Shown here one piece after another: positions 35,083-43,339 of a stretch of 45,904 nucleotides of DNA. Origin of the DNA: an uncultured Caulobacterales bacterium (GTDB taxonomy: Bacteria; Pseudomonadota; Alphaproteobacteria; Caulobacterales; Maricaulaceae). Under the pieces are notes generated by a model. The model did not search any database and was not told the DNA's origin. It saw only the letters and a list, made by a program, of their open reading frames with translations. The position numbers and the translations under genes were made by a program. How positions within the stretch are numbered: position 1 is the stretch's first letter; each line of letters opens with the position of its first letter. Location: the NCBI GenBank assembly GCA_964561235.1, contig CAZLOV010000003.1, positions 1 through 45,904 on the forward strand, in the 5' to 3' direction.

Positions 35083-35655
35083 ATGAAATTTCTAGTGTTC
35101 CTCTTGAGCATGATCGTGCTCGCCGGCTGTGCTTCCGGACCCGGAAGCCCTGCGGGTCCTGCATCCGGCGCGCCGACGACCGAGGAAATCCTCGCAACCG
35201 AATACACGCTCGGCGCCGGCGATAACGTGCGCATCATCGTGTTCGGCGAGGAAAACCTCTCAGGCGAGTTTCTGGTCGACGGGTCAGGGGCGGTGTCGCT
35301 GCCGCTGGTCGGCGAGGTGGCCGCACAAGGCCGTACGCTGGACGAATTCCGCGCGGCCGTGCAGGCGCGTCTGGCGGACGGGTATCTCAATGATCCGCGC
35401 GTCAGCGCCGAGGTGATCACCTTCCGGCCGTTCTACATTCTCGGCGAGGTGCAGGATGCGGGCGAGTATCCCTACACAGACGGCCTCACCGTGATCAACG
35501 CGGTCGCGCGCGCCGGCGGCTTCACCTACCGGGCGCGCCGCCAGACGGTGTTCATTCAGCGGGCGGGGGAGAGCGAGGAACGCGAGGTGCCGCTCACGCC
35601 AGCCACCCGCGTGTTTCCCGGCGACACGATCCGCATCGCAGAACGCTTCTTCTAG
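35083..35655 (+). CDS. wza: Short polysaccharide export (OPX/Wza-family) lipoprotein
   Basis: Lipobox VLAGC. Poly_export motif YTLGAGDNVRIIVFGEENLSGEFLVDGSGAVSLPLVGEV.AQGRTLDEF and one SLBB-like segment (FYILGEVQDAGEYPY). Only 190 aa, with no C-terminal membrane-spanning helix region. Confidence 0.8.
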   Translation: MKFLVFLLSMIVLAGCASGPGSPAGPASGAPTTEEILATEYTLGAGDNVRIIVFGEENLSGEFLVDGSGAVSLPLVGEVAAQGRTLDEFRAAVQARLADGYLNDPRVSAEVITFRPFYILGEVQDAGEYPYTDGLTVINAVARAGGFTYRARRQTVFIQRAGESEEREVPLTPATRVFPGDTIRIAERFF

Positions 35656-35677
35656 GACCCAGACATAGGGCGGCGCC

Positions 35678-37492
35678 ATGGGGGGGCGTTCAATCCTGAG
35701 ATTCTGGCCGGGCGTCATCGCGCTGGCGGTGATCGGCGTTGCGGCCATGTTGCTGGGCGCGGATTCGCCTGCAGCCTCGCTGACCCTGTCCGCCAGTCTA
35801 CTCGCACTCGCCGCCTTACGCGCGCTTCAGGTCCGGCTTTGCCTTGGCGGATTTGCGATCGTCGCAGGCCAGCAATACCTCTTGTTTCTGGGGATCGCCG
35901 TCGGCTCCGGCTTTCTGGCCGTGGGCGCGCCGGAATACGCCAGCCTGGCCGCGTGCGGAGCGGTTTTCCTGATCGCGCGCGAGCAGGGGCGCAATCCCGA
36001 CGACGCCGGCGTGTACTGGCTCCTCACATCGGCGCTCTTCGGCGGCATCGCCGCCTACGCCTTCGCAGACCACGTGCTTGCCCCGGGGCGGCTCTGGCTT
36101 GCCGAGGCGCCCTACAACCCCGAGCGGCTCAGCGCGCCCTTTCTCTCGGCGAACACGGCCGGCACGTTCTACGGCCTGGGAGCGATCGTCGCGCTGGGCG
36201 CGCTCTTCCGGGCGATGCGGCTGGCCGACCGGGCGACCGGCACAGGCCGGATCGAGGGGATCGCCCGAAACGCCGCCGGGCCCGCCATGATCCTTTTGGT
36301 GACGGGCTTTGTGATGTTCCTGACGGGCTCGCGCGCCGCCATCAGCCTGGCGGCGGCCGGACTGATCGCGCTGACGATCTGGGAATACCATCCCCAGCTG
36401 GTCAAACGAGGGCCGGCGGTCTACGGACTCGCGGCCGGGCTGACGGCGGTCCTGCTGGTGATGCAGTTTGTCGCCGTCGGCGATCTCTACGCCGCCCGGC
36501 TTGAGTCCGCAGGGGCCGATGCGGCCTCGCGTCTGAAGCAATACGCGGCTTACGCCGAGGCGCTCGGCCGGGCGGGCGCGTTCGGATACGGGCTCGGCGG
36601 CTTCGATTTCTTCAACGACCGCGTCATCACGCAGGATAATGCGTTGGTGCTGATCTATCAGCACGCCGCCCACAATATCGCCCTGCAATGGATCATCCAG
36701 GCCGGATTTCTCGGCGCAGCGGTCATGGCCGGCGTCATGGGCGCGATCCTGTGGCGATTGTTCACGGCGGCGCGCCGCCGCCGGAGGAGGGCCTCCGGCC
36801 TGCTGCGGACGAGCAGCGTCGCTGCCGTTTTCGTCCTTGCCCACGGCATGGTGGATTTCGGCCTCGAAATCCCGGCGATGGCCTGGGTTTTTGCATGGCT
36901 GCTGGGACTCGGCGCCGGCGCGGCGTCGTCGAAGGGGTCGATCGCGGACCCGGGTCTCGACCGCGCTTTGCATTATGTCGCGGCGGCGACGTTCGCCGCC
37001 TGCGCGATCGGGTTCAGCGCCATCGCCGCCGACCGGATGCGCGCTGCAGACGTCGCCGCAATGGGCGATCCCGGTTTCCGTCTCGCCGCCGAGGCCGGGC
37101 GGCTTGAGGGCGGCTCGTTCCTCGTGCGCGAAGCCGTCGGCGACCGTGCGCTGAGACTGTCTCCTCCTGAGCCCGGCATGGCCGCGTCCGCGTTTGAAGA
37201 GGCTGTGGAGCGCGAGCCGAGGGACGGGGAGACATGGGCCAAGCTCGCCTACGCCCGGTATCTTGAGGACGGGGCGCTTGCGCCGGACGCGCTGTTTGCG
37301 CTGCAGCGCTCCTATGAGCTGACCCCGTTTGCAGATTATGCGTTCGGGCGATGGCGCGTGGCCTTTGCCGCCCGCGTCTGGCCGCAGCTGCCGGCCCCTT
37401 TGCAGGCGCGCGCGGATGCTGAAGCCCGGCTCATGCGGCAGCCCGAATACGAAGCCTGGCGGCGAGATACGCTTCGCGCGTCAAGCCGTTGA
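35678..37492 (+). CDS. O-antigen ligase/Wzy_C-family membrane protein with a C-terminal soluble helical (TPR-like) extension
   Basis: Polytopic N-terminal ~430 aa containing FLTGSRAAISLAAAGLIAL and HAAHNIALQWIIQAGFLGA (Wzy_C-like). The C-terminal ~150 aa is helical and repeat-like (FEEAVEREPRDGETWAKLAYARYLEDG...). Confidence 0.7.
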   Translation: MGGRSILRFWPGVIALAVIGVAAMLLGADSPAASLTLSASLLALAALRALQVRLCLGGFAIVAGQQYLLFLGIAVGSGFLAVGAPEYASLAACGAVFLIAREQGRNPDDAGVYWLLTSALFGGIAAYAFADHVLAPGRLWLAEAPYNPERLSAPFLSANTAGTFYGLGAIVALGALFRAMRLADRATGTGRIEGIARNAAGPAMILLVTGFVMFLTGSRAAISLAAAGLIALTIWEYHPQLVKRGPAVYGLAAGLTAVLLVMQFVAVGDLYAARLESAGADAASRLKQYAAYAEALGRAGAFGYGLGGFDFFNDRVITQDNALVLIYQHAAHNIALQWIIQAGFLGAAVMAGVMGAILWRLFTAARRRRRRASGLLRTSSVAAVFVLAHGMVDFGLEIPAMAWVFAWLLGLGAGAASSKGSIADPGLDRALHYVAAATFAACAIGFSAIAADRMRAADVAAMGDPGFRLAAEAGRLEGGSFLVREAVGDRALRLSPPEPGMAASAFEEAVEREPRDGETWAKLAYARYLEDGALAPDALFALQRSYELTPFADYAFGRWRVAFAARVWPQLPAPLQARADAEARLMRQPEYEAWRRDTLRASSR

Positions 37493-37590
37493 CGCCAAAT
37501 GCTTTTGCGGATTCCCCGGAATTGCGGAATTTGTCCGTTGGTTAATGGAATGATAATAGGTATTTTAGTTGCGATAGAGGGGAGACTGCT

Positions 37591-38025
37591 ATGAGCATCC
37601 AAATCATCAGCGCCTTGGCGGGCCTCGCCAGCCTGTCCGGTCAGCCGCAGGCTGAAGCGCTTGAAACCTGCGACCCGTTCATGACCCCGCCGCCGGCGGC
37701 TGAGCGCGTCGTTCCGGTGTCCGAACTCGTCGACGACCTTCGCGAAGCGATGCGGACGGCCCAGCCCGGCGACTCGGCCGGACTGACCTGCGCTATTATT
37801 GGCGTAATTCATGCATCAGGGGCTGACGACGCCACCGCGGAAGCGGCGCTCGCCGTCCTTGCAGCGGAGAACGCCCGCAACTCCACGGTCTTGGCTGCAC
37901 TGCAAGCAGCGGCGTCTCAGCGTGGCGGCGGGTTCGTCCGCCGGGCTGATCTGGAGCGTCAACAGACCCGCTCGGGTGAGCTTCCGCCTGCGGCCCGTCC
38001 GGCCGGAAGCCAGTCGGACTACTGA
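37591..38025 (+). CDS. Hypothetical 144-aa protein, possible signal peptide
   Basis: Strong RBS (GAGGGGAGA) after an AT-rich spacer, and GC-rich third codon positions. The N-terminus MSIQIISALAGLASLSGQPQAEA is signal-like. No family recognised. Confidence 0.45.
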   Translation: MSIQIISALAGLASLSGQPQAEALETCDPFMTPPPAAERVVPVSELVDDLREAMRTAQPGDSAGLTCAIIGVIHASGADDATAEAALAVLAAENARNSTVLAALQAAASQRGGGFVRRADLERQQTRSGELPPAARPAGSQSDY

Positions 38026-38074
38026 TCTCCGGCGGGATCGAGGGGCGGCCCCCGCGCCGCAGGAGATTGAGACG

Positions 38075-39346
38075 ATGTTCAGTTCGAAGGCCCGGCTCGG
38101 GCTGACCGCCGCAACCGCGTTGACGGCGTTCACCTCCGCCGTTTACGCGCAGCCTGCGCCGGAAAGCCAGTTTGCACGCGACCGCAATGTCAGCGTCCTT
38201 GAACGGCCGCGCCCGGAATTCGTGGTGCCGCCTTTGCGCGCGGGCGCGTTCATCGTGAACGCCGATCTCCTGCTCGGCGTGGAGTACGACAGCAACGTCT
38301 TCGCCCGCGACACCGACGAGGAAGGCGACGCCATCGCGATCATCGCGCCGCGGATCATTGCGCGTTCGGACTGGAGCCGGCATGCGCTCGACGGCGAGGT
38401 GCGCGCCGCTCGCCGCGAATACGCGGAAAACAGCGACGAGAGCTTCTGGACGACCTTCGTACGTGCGGACGGCCGCGCCGACGTCAGCCGGTCGATCAAC
38501 CTGACCGCCGGGCTGTCTCACCTTGAAGATTCTGAAAGCCGGGCCGCCGCCGGCGTCTCCGCCGTTTCGGAAACGCCGATCGACTTCAGCCAGACCGGGT
38601 TTTCCGCCGGCGTCGAAAGGACGCGCGGGCGCATCAGCCTCGAAGCCGGCTTCGATCTGGATGTTTTCGACTATGACGACGCACGCCTGCCGGGCGGAAC
38701 GCTCGCGGACCAGGACTTCCGCGACCGTGACAACTTCGCCTACACCGTGCGCGGCGACTTCGCGCTCAGCCCGGACACCGCCGCCTTCGCCCGCGTGCGG
38801 CTGGCCGACAGCGAACACGATCAGGCCGACGCGTCCGGACGCGATTCAAACACCGTCACGATCGATGCGGGCGCTGATTTCGACCTCAGCAATCTCGCCC
38901 GCGGCGAGGTGGCGTTCGGCTTCACTTCGCGTGATTTCGATGGGGACACCTTCCAGGACACGGAAACCGCAAGCGTTGACGCGCGTGTGGAGTGGTTCCC
39001 GTCAGGCCTGACTACCGTCACGCTTAACGCCACGCGCGCCATCGACGACGCCGGCCTGGAGTTTTCCGGCGGTTTCGTGGTGACCGGGCTCGGCGCTGAA
39101 GTCGATCACGAGCTCCTGCGCAACCTGATCGTTTCCGGACAGGTTTCATGGCGCTCCGAGGATTATCTCGACATCGACCGGACCGACGACCGCACCAGCC
39201 TGGGCGTTTCGGCGACCTGGCTCGCCAATCCCCGCATCGGGGTGCGCGGCTCGCTGGATTACGTCACCCAGGATTCTTCGGGTGCTGCAGGCCTTCGCGA
39301 CTTTTCCCGGAGCGTACTGGGCGTCAGCCTCGTTTTGCGCCCGTGA
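38075..39346 (+). CDS. Outer-membrane beta-barrel protein associated with polysaccharide export loci
   Basis: Signal peptide MFSSKARLGLTAATALTAFTSAVYAQ. Alternating amphipathic beta-strand pattern rich in D/S/R/G turns throughout (e.g. LLLGVEYDSNVF, ISLEAGFDLDVFDYD, GVRGSLDYVTQD). It resembles the putative beta-barrel porin-2 type proteins of alphaproteobacterial EPS clusters. The upstream 88 codons in the ORF track are discarded. Confidence 0.65.
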   Translation: MFSSKARLGLTAATALTAFTSAVYAQPAPESQFARDRNVSVLERPRPEFVVPPLRAGAFIVNADLLLGVEYDSNVFARDTDEEGDAIAIIAPRIIARSDWSRHALDGEVRAARREYAENSDESFWTTFVRADGRADVSRSINLTAGLSHLEDSESRAAAGVSAVSETPIDFSQTGFSAGVERTRGRISLEAGFDLDVFDYDDARLPGGTLADQDFRDRDNFAYTVRGDFALSPDTAAFARVRLADSEHDQADASGRDSNTVTIDAGADFDLSNLARGEVAFGFTSRDFDGDTFQDTETASVDARVEWFPSGLTTVTLNATRAIDDAGLEFSGGFVVTGLGAEVDHELLRNLIVSGQVSWRSEDYLDIDRTDDRTSLGVSATWLANPRIGVRGSLDYVTQDSSGAAGLRDFSRSVLGVSLVLRP

Positions 39347-39438
39347 TTTGCATTACTTGATAAAAGAAGGAAACCAAAGTCAGCGCCGCCCCAGAACGGG
39401 ACGGCGCGTCGACCTTAGCGAGGGTCCGGGACACCGCC

Positions 39439-41640
39439 ATGGCCATTGAGTCTGAAGCCGCACGCAAGAACGACGACCTGATCGATCTGCGTGACGTTAT
39501 CGGGGTGTTCCGCCGCCGGACCTGGTCCTTCCTGACGACCGTCGCGCTGATTTTCGTGGCGGTGGTGCTCTACACCTCGCAAGCGACGCCGATCTATTCA
39601 GCGACCGCGAGCGTCGTGCTCGACGTCAGCGAGAACAACGTCCTCGATCTTGAGGCGGTGGTTTCCGGCCTGCCGCCGGACAGCGCCATGGTCGACACCC
39701 AGGTCGAGGTTCTGCGCAGCCGCTCGCTCGCAGGCGAAGTCGTCGACACGCTGGGGCTCACCGCCCTGCCGGAGTTCAATCCGTCCTTGCGGGAACCAGG
39801 CATGCTGACGCGTCTGCGCCGCAGCTTCCTGGGCGGCTCCAGCAGTGGCGACGGCGCCAACGACACCGCGCGCGACACCGCCATCGACATTCTGCTGAAC
39901 AGCGTCCGCGTGAGCCGCTCCGGGGTGACCTATGTCATCGCGATCACCGCGCGATCGGCCAACGCTGCGCGCGCGCAGGCGATCGCAAACACCTACGCCG
40001 AAGAATATCTTGAGCGGCAGGTGACGGAAAAATTCGATGAAACCGACCGGGTGAACGCCTGGCTGAACGATCGCGTCGCCTCTCTGCGTGAAGACGTGGA
40101 GGCGAAGGAACAGGCCGTCGCTGAATACCGCGACGAAGCCGGCCTGCTCGACGCTGAAGGCGCAACGCTCGTCGAACAGCAGATCACCGACGTCAACGCC
40201 CAGCTCGCCGCCGAACGCGCCGCGCTCGCCGATGCGCGCGCGCGCCTCTCGAATGTCCGGAGCCGGCTCGAGGCGGGCGTCAGCGCAGAGGCGATCGCGG
40301 AGGTTCTGAACTCCGCCGTCATCCGCGAGCTGCGGGCGCAGCAGGCCGCCATCGCGCGGCGCGAAGCCGAACTCGACAGCCGGTATGGCCCGCGACACCC
40401 GGAAATCCTGACGGTTCAGCGCGAACGCGAAGATCTTGACCGGCAGATCGAGCGCGAAATCGACCGGATTGTCGTGAGCCTCGAGAATGAAGTGAACGTC
40501 GCCTCCCAGCGCGTCGGTTCGCTGGAGAATTCGCTCGAGTCGTTGCGCCAGGACCTCGGCGCGAGCAATAGCGCCCTTGTGCGGCTGCGCGCGTTGGAGC
40601 GCGAGGCCGAGGCCAGCCGGGCGCTCCTTGAGTCCTTCCTCCAGCGCTTCCGTCAGACCGACGAGGCCGAAGGCATCACCTCTCCCGACGCGCGCATCGT
40701 GACGACTGCGCCTCTGCCGCTTCAGCCAAGCGAGCCCAACGTTCGCCAGAACCTCGTTCTGGGCGCCCTTGTCGGCCTGATCGGCGGCATGATGGTGATG
40801 TTCGCGCTTGAGACCTTCGACAATGGTCTGCACTCCGGCGAGGAGGTGGAGTCGCGCGTCGGCGTGCCGCACATCGCGTCCGTGCCAATCCTCAGGCCAG
40901 GCATGTTGCGACGTGTATCGAATTCGGACCGAACACCACCACAATTCCTGCTCGACCATCCGTTTTCGACCTTTTCAGAGACGTTCCGGACGATCCGCTC
41001 AGCGCTCAGGCTCGCGGCGATCGGCCGAGAGTCCACGGTGGTCGCGTCCACCTCGGCCATTCCCGGCGAAGGCAAGACGACGCTGACGACCTGCCTCGGG
41101 CGCGTCAGCGCGATGGCCGGGTCCAAGACCATCGTCGTCGACTGCGACCTGCGCCGCAGCATGCTCTCCAAGGGCGTCGCCAAGGAGAGCGGGGTCGGCC
41201 TCATCGAGGTGGTCAGCGGGGAGTGCGCCCTTGAAGACGCAATCCAGCGCGACGGCCAGACCGATCTCGACATCCTTCCGCTCGCCTCGGCGACGTTCAC
41301 GCCGAAAGACCTGTTTGGCACCAAGGCGTTCGCTGAACTGCTTGAAGAGCTCCGCGGACGCTATGACCTTGTGATCCTCGACACGGCGCCGGCGCTTGGA
41401 ATCGCCGACACCCGCGAGGTCGCCCGTCAGGCCGACGCCGTCATCGTCAGCGCGGTCTGGCGCAAGAGCGCCGTGGGCGCACTCGTCCGGGTGGTCGAGC
41501 TTCTGCGCGGCGCGGGGGCCAATGTCACCGGCGTCGTCCTGAACCAGGTGGATTTCAAGGCGCAGGGACGTCACGGCTACGACGCCGGCTACGCCTATTT
41601 CGATCCGTACACCGGATATTCCGACGAAGCCCGGCGATAG
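39439..41640 (+). CDS. wzc: Polysaccharide co-polymerase / BY-tyrosine kinase (Wzc/GumC-type exopolysaccharide transport protein)
   Basis: N-terminal Wzz-type TM plus SATASVVLD, a long coiled-coil periplasmic region and a second TM (LVLGALVGLIGGMMVMFAL). Walker A SAIPGEGKTTLT, A' IVVDCDLRR, Walker B DLVILDTAP. Tyr-rich tail GYDAGYAYFDPYTGY. Confidence 0.85.
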   Translation: MAIESEAARKNDDLIDLRDVIGVFRRRTWSFLTTVALIFVAVVLYTSQATPIYSATASVVLDVSENNVLDLEAVVSGLPPDSAMVDTQVEVLRSRSLAGEVVDTLGLTALPEFNPSLREPGMLTRLRRSFLGGSSSGDGANDTARDTAIDILLNSVRVSRSGVTYVIAITARSANAARAQAIANTYAEEYLERQVTEKFDETDRVNAWLNDRVASLREDVEAKEQAVAEYRDEAGLLDAEGATLVEQQITDVNAQLAAERAALADARARLSNVRSRLEAGVSAEAIAEVLNSAVIRELRAQQAAIARREAELDSRYGPRHPEILTVQREREDLDRQIEREIDRIVVSLENEVNVASQRVGSLENSLESLRQDLGASNSALVRLRALEREAEASRALLESFLQRFRQTDEAEGITSPDARIVTTAPLPLQPSEPNVRQNLVLGALVGLIGGMMVMFALETFDNGLHSGEEVESRVGVPHIASVPILRPGMLRRVSNSDRTPPQFLLDHPFSTFSETFRTIRSALRLAAIGRESTVVASTSAIPGEGKTTLTTCLGRVSAMAGSKTIVVDCDLRRSMLSKGVAKESGVGLIEVVSGECALEDAIQRDGQTDLDILPLASATFTPKDLFGTKAFAELLEELRGRYDLVILDTAPALGIADTREVARQADAVIVSAVWRKSAVGALVRVVELLRGAGANVTGVVLNQVDFKAQGRHGYDAGYAYFDPYTGYSDEARR

Positions 41641-41663
41641 CGGTGCTTCGGCGCCACACCTAA

Positions 41664-41685
41664 TAAAATCCTAAAATCGGATTTT
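41664..41685. promoter_or_regulatory. AT-rich inverted repeat AAAATCC-N7-GGATTTT with an embedded direct repeat TAAAATC x2
   Basis: Read directly from the sequence. Stem arms are 41665-41671 and 41679-41685. TAAAATC occurs at 41664-41670 and 41672-41678. The element lies between wzc and the initiating sugar transferase. It could be a weak terminator or an operator; function unknown. Confidence 0.3.
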
Positions 41686-41773
41686 GCTAAGCAGCATTAA
41701 GTTGGAATAAATAATGAATGTCGGAACGCGTGAGGGGCGTTTCGGCTCCCGACAGACGCACGGGGGGTGCGCG

Positions 41774-42460
41774 ATGAATCAACAGTTCAAACCGGAGTTC
41801 GCCGACGCGGACGCCGCCCTCGCTCGCAGCCGCGGGTCGCGCGGACGCGCCCGCGAGGCGACCAAGCGCGTGCTCGATCTCGTGATCTCCGCAACCGCCC
41901 TTGTTTTCCTCGCGCCGCTGATGATCGCCGTCGCGCTGGTTATCAAGCTGGGCGACCGCGGTCCGGCCATTTTCGCCCACACCCGCATCGGCCGCGGCGG
42001 AGAAGCGTTTAAGTGCTACAAGTTCCGCAGCATGGTCACGGACGCGGAGGCGCGTCTGAAAAAGCTGCTCGCGGAAGACCCGGAGGCGGCGGCCGAATGG
42101 GCGCGTGACCAGAAGCTGCGCTGCGATCCGCGCATCACGCCGGTCGGGGCGTTTCTGCGCAAGACCAGCCTTGATGAATTGCCGCAGCTTTTCAATGTGT
42201 TGAAGGGCGAAATGTCCATCGTCGGCCCGCGCCCCATCGTGCTCGGCGAAGTCGCCCGCTATGGCGAGTTCTTCGAGGATTACGCCCGGGTGAATCCGGG
42301 GATCACCGGTCTGTGGCAGGTCAGCGGCCGCAGCGACACGACCTATGCCGAGCGCGTGGCGCTGGACAGGCGCTATGCCCAGACGTGGACTGTGCTCGGC
42401 GACGTCATGATCATTCTCAAGACCATTCCGGCGGTGCTTCTCAAAAAGGGCGCCTGCTGA
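41774..42460 (+). CDS. Initiating polyprenyl-phosphate sugar-phosphate transferase (bacterial sugar transferase, ExoY/WbaP C-terminal type)
   Basis: KRVLDLVISATALVFLAPLMIAVALVIKL, GRGGEAFKCYKFRSM, DELPQLFNVLKGEMSIVGPRP, GITGLWQVSGRS. ATG 41774 is preceded by a GGGGGG run. An alternative start is at 41714. Confidence 0.85.
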   Translation: MNQQFKPEFADADAALARSRGSRGRAREATKRVLDLVISATALVFLAPLMIAVALVIKLGDRGPAIFAHTRIGRGGEAFKCYKFRSMVTDAEARLKKLLAEDPEAAAEWARDQKLRCDPRITPVGAFLRKTSLDELPQLFNVLKGEMSIVGPRPIVLGEVARYGEFFEDYARVNPGITGLWQVSGRSDTTYAERVALDRRYAQTWTVLGDVMIILKTIPAVLLKKGAC

Positions 42461-42540
42461 GCCGGCAGCGGCGCCGGCCGCTTGATCGGCGGCCGCATTG
42501 CTTCTGAGATGCCGCCTTTCCCCGGTGAAGGGCGCTGTTC

Positions 42541-43263
42541 ATGACCGAAAACGCACCACTCTACGCCGTCGGCGACATTCATGGCCGTCTCGACTGCCTT
42601 GAGCGCCTGCTTTCGCTGATCGCCGAGGATCTGCGCGACGGGCCGGGCGAGGTGGTTTTCCTTGGCGATTATATCGATCGCGGCCCGGACAGCCGGCAGG
42701 TGATCGCGCGGCTGCTCGACATCGAGACCGGCGCGCGCCGCGAGCCGCTCAACGACCGGGTTTCGGCGCGCTTCCTGAAGGGCAATCACGAGGCGGCGCT
42801 GCTTACCTTCCTGGAACGGCCGGAAACCGGTCCGGACTGGATGCGCTGGGGCGGGGCGGAAACGCTTGTCTCCTACGGCGTCGCGCCGCCGCGCAAGCAG
42901 ACGGACGCTGCGGCATGGGCTGAGGCCTCCGAAGCGCTGAGGGAGGCCGTGCCGGCGGCGCATCTCGATTTCCTGAACGCGCTGGAGCTTTGTCTCGACC
43001 GCAACCCCTATCTGCTGGTGCACGCCGGGGTGGATCCGGCCGCGCCGCTCTTCGAACAGTCCGAAAGCACGCTTCTGACCATCCGGGACCGGTTCCTGTC
43101 CGCCAGCGATCCGCTCGATCGGGTCATCGTGCACGGGCACACCCCGGAACTCGAACCCTTTCAGGACCATAGGCGCATCGGCGTCGATACAGGCGCGTAT
43201 CATACGGGCCGGCTGACGGCCGCGCGCCTTGACGGCGGCCCCGTGCGCTTCATTTCGACGTGA
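42541..43263 (+). CDS. PPP-family metallophosphoesterase (PrpA/ApaH/lambda-phosphatase-like Ser/Thr(/Tyr) protein phosphatase)
   Basis: Motifs VGDIHGR, GDYIDRGPDS, GNHE, LLVHAG and VHGHTP. Confidence 0.85.
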   Translation: MTENAPLYAVGDIHGRLDCLERLLSLIAEDLRDGPGEVVFLGDYIDRGPDSRQVIARLLDIETGARREPLNDRVSARFLKGNHEAALLTFLERPETGPDWMRWGGAETLVSYGVAPPRKQTDAAAWAEASEALREAVPAAHLDFLNALELCLDRNPYLLVHAGVDPAAPLFEQSESTLLTIRDRFLSASDPLDRVIVHGHTPELEPFQDHRRIGVDTGAYHTGRLTAARLDGGPVRFIST

Positions 43264-43339
43264 CATCGCCTTCGAATCGCCGCGGCTAAGCATTTCGTTA
43301 AGCGCCATCGAGCAATCTCGCCTCAGAGGAAGCCTTCGT

